Below are positions 9,421-17,242 of a stretch of DNA of 42,052 bases, in pieces. A program made the translations under genes and the position numbers. Location: IMG/VR virus record IMGVR_UViG_3300015370_000517, positions 1 to 42,052 of that record; one strand, given 5' to 3'. Below the pieces are notes generated by a model that was not told where the DNA came from, searched no databases, and was given only the letters and a program-made list of their open reading frames with translations. The stretch is from a virus. Lineage: Duplodnaviria; Caudoviricetes. Position 1 is the stretch's first letter; each line of letters starts with the position of its first letter.

Positions 9421-10505
9421 AAATTAATGTTATTGGACAAATATTTGGAACCAGCGGGTACGCATCACACACTAAACAACTAGCAAGAGCATTATATGAT
9501 ATTGCTGACGTAAAACTTTCTTCTCAAATACCCGGCGGGTTTGAGAAAGAGTTAAGCGATGAGGAGTTATTAATGCTCAAAAAACCAGATGGTAAAGACA
9601 GGATTAACATTATTATTGGTTTTCCTCATTCGTGGTCTCAATTTTGTGATAGGGAGAATAATGTTGGGTTTCTAATTTGGGAGGGTGATAGGATACCGAA
9701 GGATTGGATGGATTGTTGTGCGAATCTGATGATTAAGCAAGTGTGGGTTCCTAGCGTTCACACGAAGGATGCTATTCTTGAAACGTTGAAGGATTATCCT
9801 AATACGAGCGCGGTTGTTGTTCCGAAGATTCGTATTGTTCCTCATGGTGTTAATCTTGACCTTTTTTATCCTGTAGAAAAGCCTGGCATGCCAATAACGT
9901 TCGTTTGTAATAAGGGGTTCAGAAACGTTGAAGACCGAGGTGGCATACAATACGCCATACAGGCGTTTTTGAACGAGTTCCCAGAAGGTCAAGGAAAACT
10001 ATTAATCAAACTAAATAGTGCGTATAGCATTGATTTAGGAGGCTTTAATGCCATTATGAGCCAGTTGGGCGTTAAGAGTAGGTCGGATGTCATACTAAAC
10101 ACCCAAAATATAGACTATAAATCCATGAACTTACTCTACGCACAAGGACACATCCTACTAAATCCCGTACGGGCAGAAGCATTCAGTATTCCATGCGCGG
10201 AAGCAATGGCGTGCGGGCTTCCAGTAATAACGACGAATTATGGTGGACAAACAGACTTCGTAACAAACGAGAACGGATGGCTAGTAGATTACGACCTTGA
10301 AGAAGTAAAACATGAGATAATGTACGAGGGAGTAAGATGGGCAACACCACAACTCGCATCATTACAAAAAGCAATGCGGGAAGCTGCGGACAATTATGAA
10401 CTGCGAAAAAAGAAGTCAGAACAAGCAATAAAAGACATTCAAGAGTGGACGTGGAAGAAGTCCGCAGAAAAAGCGGTCAATTTCTTGAACGAAATTATTG
10501 CTTAA
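9417..10505 (+). CDS. Glycosyltransferase family 4 (GT-B)
   Basis: SGYA, VWVPS, VPHGVN, EAFSIPCAEAMACGLPVITTNYGG (E-x7-E). Confidence 0.9.
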   Translation: MKINVIGQIFGTSGYASHTKQLARALYDIADVKLSSQIPGGFEKELSDEELLMLKKPDGKDRINIIIGFPHSWSQFCDRENNVGFLIWEGDRIPKDWMDCCANLMIKQVWVPSVHTKDAILETLKDYPNTSAVVVPKIRIVPHGVNLDLFYPVEKPGMPITFVCNKGFRNVEDRGGIQYAIQAFLNEFPEGQGKLLIKLNSAYSIDLGGFNAIMSQLGVKSRSDVILNTQNIDYKSMNLLYAQGHILLNPVRAEAFSIPCAEAMACGLPVITTNYGGQTDFVTNENGWLVDYDLEEVKHEIMYEGVRWATPQLASLQKAMREAADNYELRKKKSEQAIKDIQEWTWKKSAEKAVNFLNEIIA

Positions 10506-10506
10506 T

Positions 10507-10611
10507 TTAACGCTTCCAATCTTGTCGTTTGCAACTACGACAATACTCATGATTGTCATTGTCATCATAAAATAAGCGATTACAACAACGACACGGTTTA
10601 TGTTCTGGCAT
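10507..10611 (-). CDS. 34-aa putative zinc-ribbon microprotein
   Basis: Manual translation MPEHKPCRCCNRLFYDDNDNHEYCRSCKRQDWKR; two CxxC pairs; fills the gap at the strand convergence point. Confidence 0.5.
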   Translation of the reverse strand: MPEHKPCRCCNRLFYDDNDNHEYCRSCKRQDWKR

Positions 10612-10620
10612 TATTCATTT

Positions 10621-12537
10621 TTAAGAGTCAGGAACTCTCGACCACTTAGCAGTAAAGTCTTGTAATTTTCCATTCCTTATTTCTAAGTCAACAAAATAGC
10701 AACCTCGTTGACCGCGCAAACCTCGACGTTCTGTAAAGTCATTCGGCCTTTGAAAATTACCAGGATGCACAACCTCAACACCATACTCAGAATAATTCAA
10801 GTGCGTGTGGAAGTGCCCTATTTGTAATATTTGCAAAGGATGGTCTTCTCCACCAATAGGAACAGTAAGTCCTCCCTGACCAAGCACATTTCTCAAGTAT
10901 ACTTGTCCAGGATAACTCACCGCATATGCACTGCCGCCAGCACCATGCAATAATCGCATTGCAATACCGCCTAATAATATATCAGCTCTGATAGTGCCAA
11001 GATATTTAAATTTCTTTCCTGCTTCTGTCATTTGTTTTGCTAATAATTTTGTAGGATTAATACTACCTTGTTCTTCCCATGAATTTCCCGTAAAGCATAT
11101 TTTTCCTCTATGTCTGACCATGAAGTTGTGGTTTTTTATTTGAATACACCACGTTGGTTCGTGATTAGTGTTTTCTTTTACATGTGACTTTCTTATGAGT
11201 CCTATTGTTCTTTGACAAATATTCAGACGATAATCTCCTCTCTTGCTTTTGGTAACGGTCGCTCTATATCCAAATAAGTGACAAAAAGTTTGCACGCTTT
11301 CTAAAAATGATTCTTTCCCATATAATATTCTTGCTGTTTTATTTTTGTATTTGCTACCATCTCCAAGTATTAATTCTTCTAGGAACATGTCGAATTGTCT
11401 TTTGCTCAAGAAAAGCAACCAATTCGGAACTTCTTTTGATGGAAGTAATCTTTTTAATTCTTTAATATCTGCTGCCGACATACTAAAAACGCACGAGGTT
11501 TGCTGTTTTAAAATGTTTTTTCCAAGTATTGATAGATTTCTTTTGCTTCTATCTCTCCAAGATAAACAATATTTTAGGTTAGACTTTTCGAGGAGGTTTT
11601 TTATTCTCAAAATCATCTCTTTTTTACTTTGATAGATTCTGTAACGTACATAATTTCCTATTCTTTCACAAGAACCGTCTGTAAGAATCCAAGCAACGAG
11701 TTTCAATAATTCATCAGATATCGGATAATCTTTATTTTGTAGAATTGTCGATACCGGAACACGCACATCGGCTTTGTTTAAAGAACCAATTGTTCTGAAT
11801 TTCAATTTTCCAGAGTCTTGAGTCAAGAAGGGCGTTTTGTGATTTGCAGTACAACACAAACTCATTCCTCGTCCAGAAACAAGGAAAGTCTTGCTATTTG
11901 GAAATCTGATTATTTTTTCTATCTTTTCGAAAGACGAATTCAGGTTTTTATCTAAAGTAATGGTAGAATCTTCTGTTGTTAAAGAATGAATTGTTTTCCA
12001 ACCAGTTAATGTAAATATTTCTGTATCTTCACTAATGCAGTAATCATGATTTCCACCAATAGCTTTGTAATGTAAATCGTAATCTTTGAAAATATTAAGA
12101 CTTAGTTCAACTTGGTCTTCAAGTGTCCAAGCTAATAAATTATTATTTTGTCCTTTGTATACTTTGTTACCATCATGAATGTCACCACTAATATAAATAT
12201 GTTCATAACCATCTTTTACAGCTTGTGAAAGTTTATCACGAAGTCCTTTTTCATCAAATTGTCTGCAACCAATATGCATATCAGAAAACATGCCAAATTT
12301 TAGTTCTTGCAATTTCTTATTTTGTGGACTAATAACATAATTACTCTCAGCATCATCGTGCAATCTAATATAGTACCCAAAGTTCTTGCCTTTTCCAATC
12401 TTGTGCAAGTCATAATTAAAATGTAATGCGTCTAATACCTTGCGCACTTCAGAAAGTTCTATTTTTAAATACGCAGCAATCTCTGATGTTGTCATTACTT
12501 CCCTACGAAGTCGTTTTATCAAATTTTCGTTCGTCAT
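10621..12537 (-). CDS. Calcineurin-like metallophosphoesterase with N-terminal HTH-like region, interrupted by an intein
   Basis: SDMHIG, GDIHDG, GNHD, LLHG and GHFH metal motifs; N-terminal TTSEIAAYLKIELSEVRKVL. Confidence 0.85.
   Translation of the reverse strand: MTNENLIKRLRREVMTTSEIAAYLKIELSEVRKVLDALHFNYDLHKIGKGKNFGYYIRLHDDAESNYVISPQNKKLQELKFGMFSDMHIGCRQFDEKGLRDKLSQAVKDGYEHIYISGDIHDGNKVYKGQNNNLLAWTLEDQVELSLNIFKDYDLHYKAIGGNHDYCISEDTEIFTLTGWKTIHSLTTEDSTITLDKNLNSSFEKIEKIIRFPNSKTFLVSGRGMSLCCTANHKTPFLTQDSGKLKFRTIGSLNKADVRVPVSTILQNKDYPISDELLKLVAWILTDGSCERIGNYVRYRIYQSKKEMILRIKNLLEKSNLKYCLSWRDRSKRNLSILGKNILKQQTSCVFSMSAADIKELKRLLPSKEVPNWLLFLSKRQFDMFLEELILGDGSKYKNKTARILYGKESFLESVQTFCHLFGYRATVTKSKRGDYRLNICQRTIGLIRKSHVKENTNHEPTWCIQIKNHNFMVRHRGKICFTGNSWEEQGSINPTKLLAKQMTEAGKKFKYLGTIRADILLGGIAMRLLHGAGGSAYAVSYPGQVYLRNVLGQGGLTVPIGGEDHPLQILQIGHFHTHLNYSEYGVEVVHPGNFQRPNDFTERRGLRGQRGCYFVDLEIRNGKLQDFTAKWSRVPDS
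11083..12039 (-). mobile_element. Intein (319 aa) with LAGLIDADG homing endonuclease
   Basis: GNHDY|CISEDTEIFTLTGWK ... TANH ... LVAWILTDGS ... LILGDGS ... WCIQIKNHNFMVRHRGKICFTGN|S. Confidence 0.9.
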
Positions 12538-12565
12538 TAAATGCTTCCATAATTACAAAATAAAA

Positions 12566-12595
12566 ATATTGCTATGATAAACATCATAGCAATAT
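12566..12595 (-). terminator. 13-bp perfect inverted repeat followed by a T-rich tract; putative terminator or operator
   Basis: ATATTGCTATGAT-aaac-ATCATAGCAATAT on +; TTTTATTTTG follows on -. Confidence 0.5.
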
Positions 12596-12611
12596 AAATG
12601 CTCTGATGATT

Positions 12612-12782
12612 TCACTTTAGTGCTCTTCGCAAACCAAAAGCTACAAGCGGAATTCCAAGCAATCCTGCAATAACAGAAATAAAAGCGAGAGCTCCTGTCA
12701 CTCCAAGTGCTTCGAGTCCTCCACCTATGAAGAGCAAGAACGCCCCCCAAAAAGTCATTGACGTATACCATTTCTTATTCAT
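12612..12782 (-). CDS. 56-aa two-TM holin-like membrane protein (not in the ORF track)
   Basis: Manual translation MNKKWYTSMTFWGAFLLFIGGGLEALGVTGALAFISVIAGLLGIPLVAFGLRRALK; GGAGG upstream. Confidence 0.7.
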   Translation of the reverse strand: MNKKWYTSMTFWGAFLLFIGGGLEALGVTGALAFISVIAGLLGIPLVAFGLRRALK

Positions 12783-12787
12783 TTTAT

Positions 12788-13222
12788 TCATCCTCCAATT
12801 TTGTTTTTCACTTCAAACTGTTCTGTCCTCCATGTTGTTCTGATTGTTCGTATTGGATTTATCTTGTATTCTGCATTTGTGAGTAAGTAATACGTTCCTG
12901 CAGGTAGTGAATCAGGAATTTTAACAACGTGATATTCTGTTGTTGCGCAGCCTTTTGGAAAGATTGCGCCTATCACTATGGTTTCATAGTATATAGTATC
13001 TACGAACATACGAGTAAATTTTGGACTGATATCTTCGTACTTGCAATAACTAAAGTTCACAATGACATCATCGCCAGGATAAAGTATTTTGTTTAGTACT
13101 TGTACGTTATCCTTGTTATCCACCGCAGTCACTGTGACAGGATAAAAGAGCAAGTAACCAACATAAAGAAAGAATACGAGTAATAATCCAAAAAACATTA
13201 GTGGAATGATTTTGTTATTCAT
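12788..13222 (-). CDS. Membrane-anchored protein with a beta-rich soluble domain
   Basis: N-terminal TM helix; two Cys; LPAGTYYL strand pattern. Confidence 0.6.
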   Translation of the reverse strand: MNNKIIPLMFFGLLLVFFLYVGYLLFYPVTVTAVDNKDNVQVLNKILYPGDDVIVNFSYCKYEDISPKFTRMFVDTIYYETIVIGAIFPKGCATTEYHVVKIPDSLPAGTYYLLTNAEYKINPIRTIRTTWRTEQFEVKNKIGG

Positions 13223-13443
13223 CGTTGTACCACCAAATAAACAAGTGCAGTAATGACGAGTGTCATGATGATTGCCACAAGACCGTATGCTATTTTCTTT
13301 ACAGGGTCGAACTCTTCTTTACGTACAAAACCTGCATTAATTGAACCTTCGAGCTTGTTTACTGTGTTTTTGACTTCCTGTATTTCCGAAGAAATATAGT
13401 CTATCTTTGTCTCCAGTATTCCTATGTCACTTCTTTTTTTCAT
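13219..13443 (-). CDS. Coiled-coil plus C-terminal TM protein (XhlA/holin-like)
   Basis: LETKIDYISSEIQEVK heptads and a hydrophobic C-terminus; TAATG coupling with the protease. Confidence 0.6.
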   Translation of the reverse strand: MKKRSDIGILETKIDYISSEIQEVKNTVNKLEGSINAGFVRKEEFDPVKKIAYGLVAIIMTLVITALVYLVVQR

Positions 13444-14252
13444 TATGTCACCATCCAAGCTTCAATAAGATTCTTCTTTAAAAGATTATACGATATCCAG
13501 CCATAACCAGTATTTCCCCAGCGTTCTCCCCAACTGTTTACAAACTTTATAGCGCCAAGAGTGCCATCAGGGTTTTTGTGCTCGTCATTAAATCCTATAG
13601 CACAAATTGCATGACCACCAGTCTGTATTCCTTTTCCTGTCACGTTTCCCGACTTGCCTGTTGTAATAATGCTGTCATGAACAAATATTCCAATAATACA
13701 ATTCAAATCTGCAATTGACTGTTTTATTGAGTCCAAATTCCAGCATCGCCTGTACTTGCCTATCTTAAAAAACTTTGCGAAACTATAAGCGAACAATGAA
13801 GGTTTCTTATTGTACTTGTTAGAATCATACCTGCACAGCTTCTCAGGACTCACTCCCATTTTTTGGCAAACCTTCGCGCCATCTCTCAAGAACTGACCAC
13901 TATCTTCAGGAAATGTATTCATGTAATCTTCATCCCTAACAACATAATAATGAAAAAGCTCACTTAAAGGAACTACCGATTTTGCCTCTTTCTTTTTCAT
14001 ACGCATCTCCAAAGCCGTAGCGAACGCGTGACTTCCACAACTCCCAATACGACCTTGTTGTTTTACAGGGGTGCAATATTGTGAGTGGTCCACGTATTTT
14101 GGCATTGGTGGCACGAACGCCGTGCTTACAGAGTAAAGACCATCACGAGCATCATTCGGGCTTGGTTTCAGATTTGTTATGTATCTCTCTTTTCCTGGAC
14201 GGCGTCTTTTTGTCCTAAATAATTCAAGAATTAGTTGTATGATTTTTATCAT
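13443..14252 (-). CDS. Papain-like cysteine protease (peptidase C1)
   Basis: PVKQQGRIGSC, GGHAI and NSWGERWGNTGYGW catalytic motifs. Confidence 0.9.
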   Translation of the reverse strand: MIKIIQLILELFRTKRRRPGKERYITNLKPSPNDARDGLYSVSTAFVPPMPKYVDHSQYCTPVKQQGRIGSCGSHAFATALEMRMKKKEAKSVVPLSELFHYYVVRDEDYMNTFPEDSGQFLRDGAKVCQKMGVSPEKLCRYDSNKYNKKPSLFAYSFAKFFKIGKYRRCWNLDSIKQSIADLNCIIGIFVHDSIITTGKSGNVTGKGIQTGGHAICAIGFNDEHKNPDGTLGAIKFVNSWGERWGNTGYGWISYNLLKKNLIEAWMVT

Positions 14253-14581
14253 TTTTCCATCTTCCCATAAATTCTGCTTATCACTTTTTGGGCAGTCTTT
14301 TCAACTGTCTTCTCACTGACATCTCTTCGTACTGTATTCTTAAAATAGATATGTAAGACTTCATGAACAAGAGTTTCCCTGTTATCCTTATAATCATTTT
14401 CTGAATTTAAAACTATTCTCTTATTCTCAAAGTCTACAAAACCATACTCGTACCCCGTGTCGCATTCTATCATGTTGTGAAGCACGGTGTATTCTGCGAC
14501 GACATCTGTTAGTACTCCAGCAAAGTTTTCTATGCATTCATTTATAACGTCGTTAATCGTTCTTCTTTTCATGTGTTTCAT
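14249..14581 (-). CDS. Small zincin-like (HExxH) protein
   Basis: YGFVDFENKRIVL...ETLVHEVLH. Confidence 0.65.
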   Translation of the reverse strand: MKHMKRRTINDVINECIENFAGVLTDVVAEYTVLHNMIECDTGYEYGFVDFENKRIVLNSENDYKDNRETLVHEVLHIYFKNTVRRDVSEKTVEKTAQKVISRIYGKMEK

Positions 14582-14762
14582 CCTCGCTTTCTATTTGGTA
14601 CCACGTCCACATCTTCATCTCAACGTCCACGTTCTTCCAGTATGTCTTACAGTCTTCTTTATTGTAGCATTCGTCTTTGTTTCCGTAGTTGCTCTCGTGG
14701 CAGATGTCAGCATATTCGCATACACTTTCCAAATCACTATCGTCAAGTCTCAATATTATCAT
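14553..14762 (-). CDS. Hypothetical Cys-containing acidic protein
   Basis: GAGGAGG RBS before ATG; four Cys. Confidence 0.5.
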   Translation of the reverse strand: MIILRLDDSDLESVCEYADICHESNYGNKDECYNKEDCKTYWKNVDVEMKMWTWYQIESEDETHEKKND

Positions 14763-14780
14763 TCCTCCTCTTTAATGTAT

Positions 14781-15782
14781 TTATACATAATCAAGTGATT
14801 TAAATCGCGCCCCATATGCAAGTACTCCGCCAGATGTTGTAATACCTGACGCGATAAGTTGTGTTGTCATAAACCCAGTATTTTGTGCCACATTTGTAAT
14901 TGGTACAAACACGCCATTTCCACCAGATATTACATTAGTACCAGAATTTGCTGATATATTTAGTGTAAAAGTAGATGTTTCAGTATTTAATATGCGCGAA
15001 TAATGTTGCATAGACATACCCGTACTATAATTGCTATCGTTTCTTGTAAAAAAGCGTGGATATACACTTCCCGCGCCAGTTATTGACGAAATATCAAGAT
15101 TGCGAACATAAGTATTATTTCGCATAATATTCACATTATTTGACCCAATTCGATGTATAAGACACCAACTATTCAAATCTGTTTCGAAATCTCCTTGTTC
15201 GTGAATACTAATATTTGATACACCATTTGATAACACAAATTTGGCTTCTTTATTATTACCTATACTGCCATAAACAGCAAAATGAACACTTATCTTTTCG
15301 CCAACAGAAAATTCGTGCAATCCTTTTATTGAAATTGAACCGGCATATGCATTTATTATTAATCCAGTAGTCGTTGCTGTTATAGATGATGTGCCAGTAC
15401 TATATTCAAGTGTCCAATTAGTAGTATTTAATGTTCCCGATGTAAATTCATCATACACATTAAATTTTTCAGCAGTCCATAATGCGCCAATTTGCGCAAT
15501 TGGAGTTTCCGCAGTTGTCAATATGGAACGCACAGGAACAGTTAATGTTCCCGCCGTATTTCCACGAAGACGATAAAATGGTCCTGTATAACTCAACCCA
15601 CCATATAAAAAACTTCCAGTAGGAGAAAATGTATTACTTGTAGGCAATGCTATATAACCGTTTCTCGTACCGCTGGCATCATATAATAATGCTCTATCAT
15701 TTAATCGTATCGTTTCAATATTATCAGCAACTAAATAACTTCCCGGCAAAATTGTTCCATCATTATATATTATAAATGTCAT
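14781..15782 (-). CDS. Putative tail-tip / receptor-binding protein
   Basis: Last gene of the tail module; S/T/G/N-rich beta composition; YDEFTSGTLNTTNW lectin-like domain start. Confidence 0.5.
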   Translation of the reverse strand: MTFIIYNDGTILPGSYLVADNIETIRLNDRALLYDASGTRNGYIALPTSNTFSPTGSFLYGGLSYTGPFYRLRGNTAGTLTVPVRSILTTAETPIAQIGALWTAEKFNVYDEFTSGTLNTTNWTLEYSTGTSSITATTTGLIINAYAGSISIKGLHEFSVGEKISVHFAVYGSIGNNKEAKFVLSNGVSNISIHEQGDFETDLNSWCLIHRIGSNNVNIMRNNTYVRNLDISSITGAGSVYPRFFTRNDSNYSTGMSMQHYSRILNTETSTFTLNISANSGTNVISGGNGVFVPITNVAQNTGFMTTQLIASGITTSGGVLAYGARFKSLDYV

Positions 15783-15797
15783 ATTATTTTTCCTCCT

Positions 15798-16670
15798 CTA
15801 CCACAATCCTGAAGGACTTATCCTATTAGTAATTTGTATTTGTAATTCATTAGTACCATCAAAATTTACACCAGGAAAGCCCACAATATTCCACGGTTTC
15901 GTTGTTGTAGTATTTGCTGTTGTCGTGTATACATTATCAAAATAAATATGAAATAATCCACTATCAGGCACGTTTGGCCCACTAATGCCAACGAACATTA
16001 ATTTTAAGTCAGCACTACCAGTGAATCCTTGCAAATCAAAATATTTCGAACCGGCAAGAGTCGTGCCGCTTCCAGCATACATACTACCAAGTTGACTACC
16101 GCCAACCCAGCATTCACCCTGAAAACATTTATCTGCCTGGAATAATTGATAATCAAAATATAGTCCATAAGTGCTTGTCGTATCAAATTTAGTACTCAAA
16201 AATGCACTGCCACCACTAGCAAATATAGCACTTACACCACTAAACCATTTTATTTGAAAACTACTGTCACCTTGCGTGCTAAAACTTCCTGTTGGAACTT
16301 TTAATCCACTGAAAAAGTTTGTTCCTGTAGTGAATGCCCAATCAGTACCACTCACTATAGTAGTCTCAAAACTATAATTTGCAAACTTTGCAGTATTCAC
16401 ACTTGATACTGCACCACTAATAAAAAGTCCAAATTCTGTGAGTCGAATACCATTTAATTCTACACTGCCCCAGTCAGCAGTGAATTCTACCTCCTGACTT
16501 GACGCGCCACTAATAGCAGAGCATAATTTTCTGTCTACTTCAAATATGAGTCCACTTCTGTATGGTGTTGCTGTCCCACTACCTGTTCCTATTGCAATGT
16601 ATTGCGGTCGAGTTCCACTTCCAACCATGAGTAATGCAAGACCACTCGCGCCATAAGTTGTTGTTGTCAA
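15798..16670 (-). CDS. Tail-tip/baseplate structural protein with an inserted beta-sandwich domain
   Basis: Likely TTG start at 16670 (GGAGG upstream, TTGA overlap); YIAIGTGS, LTEFGLF, NFDGTNELQIQIT. Confidence 0.6.
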   Translation of the reverse strand: MTTTTYGASGLALLMVGSGTRPQYIAIGTGSGTATPYRSGLIFEVDRKLCSAISGASSQEVEFTADWGSVELNGIRLTEFGLFISGAVSSVNTAKFANYSFETTIVSGTDWAFTTGTNFFSGLKVPTGSFSTQGDSSFQIKWFSGVSAIFASGGSAFLSTKFDTTSTYGLYFDYQLFQADKCFQGECWVGGSQLGSMYAGSGTTLAGSKYFDLQGFTGSADLKLMFVGISGPNVPDSGLFHIYFDNVYTTTANTTTTKPWNIVGFPGVNFDGTNELQIQITNRISPSGLW

Positions 16671-17242
16671 GGTACATTTCCTCCCACAAATCTCTGTCTG
16701 TGAATATCTACGTCTATATGACAATGAGAACATAATGTTATACCAGTATTTATATTCCATAATTCTTGACATAATAACGCATCCTCGATACATTGTATAT
16801 TGTACTTACTAATAATTTTATTTATTGGAATTCTATGATGAACTTCTAAATAACATTTTTGTTTAAAACACTTTTGACACATATACTTATCTCTTTTGAA
16901 CACATCTGACCTCCACAATCTATATTCGAATGAATGTCTAATTGTTTCCATAAGAGAGGTTATTCCCCCCTTCCAATTAACATTTTTCTCCTTCGTAAAT
17001 GCCAAATATTTTTTTCCTTTATTCCAAGCAATTTTTCCTTTATTGGCAATAGATATTTTCGTTCTTGTTTCAAAAGAGTGTTTTCTTCCCTGTCTTAATT
17101 TATGACCTTTTTTAAATTCAGTATTCGGTGATGAATGTGTTCTTTTCTTAAATTCTCCTGAAGGATTTAAACGAACGTGCAATCCTTTATTCCATGGTAT
17201 ATGTCCTTTTGTAAAAATACTCTTATTTTTTATAGTTACCAT
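16667..17242 (-). CDS. NUMOD3 plus HNH homing endonuclease
   Basis: PWNKG/EFKKG repeats, HSFETRTKIS, NWKGG, WRSDVFKRDKYMCQKC, LEVHH, NGITLCSHCH-type motif. Confidence 0.88.
   Translation of the reverse strand: MVTIKNKSIFTKGHIPWNKGLHVRLNPSGEFKKRTHSSPNTEFKKGHKLRQGRKHSFETRTKISIANKGKIAWNKGKKYLAFTKEKNVNWKGGITSLMETIRHSFEYRLWRSDVFKRDKYMCQKCFKQKCYLEVHHRIPINKIISKYNIQCIEDALLCQELWNINTGITLCSHCHIDVDIHRQRFVGGNVP

Noticed and set aside
609-10428. Minus-strand ORFs within the sugar cluster
   Set aside because: Antisense to well-supported genes; no motifs or RBS
12553-12771. 72-aa ORF in the track
   Set aside because: Shadow frame of the better 56-aa holin-like ORF at 12612-12782, which has an RBS and two TM helices
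16655-16668. ACAACAACAAC run as a possible DGR template repeat
   Set aside because: It encodes Thr-Thr-Thr-Thr at a gene start and has no flanks matching either variable repeat
16671-16793. N-terminal extensions given by the track for the tail-tip gene (likewise MCP 26784-26918 and BppU-like 33725-33847)
   Set aside because: They overlap upstream genes out of frame; downstream starts have RBSs
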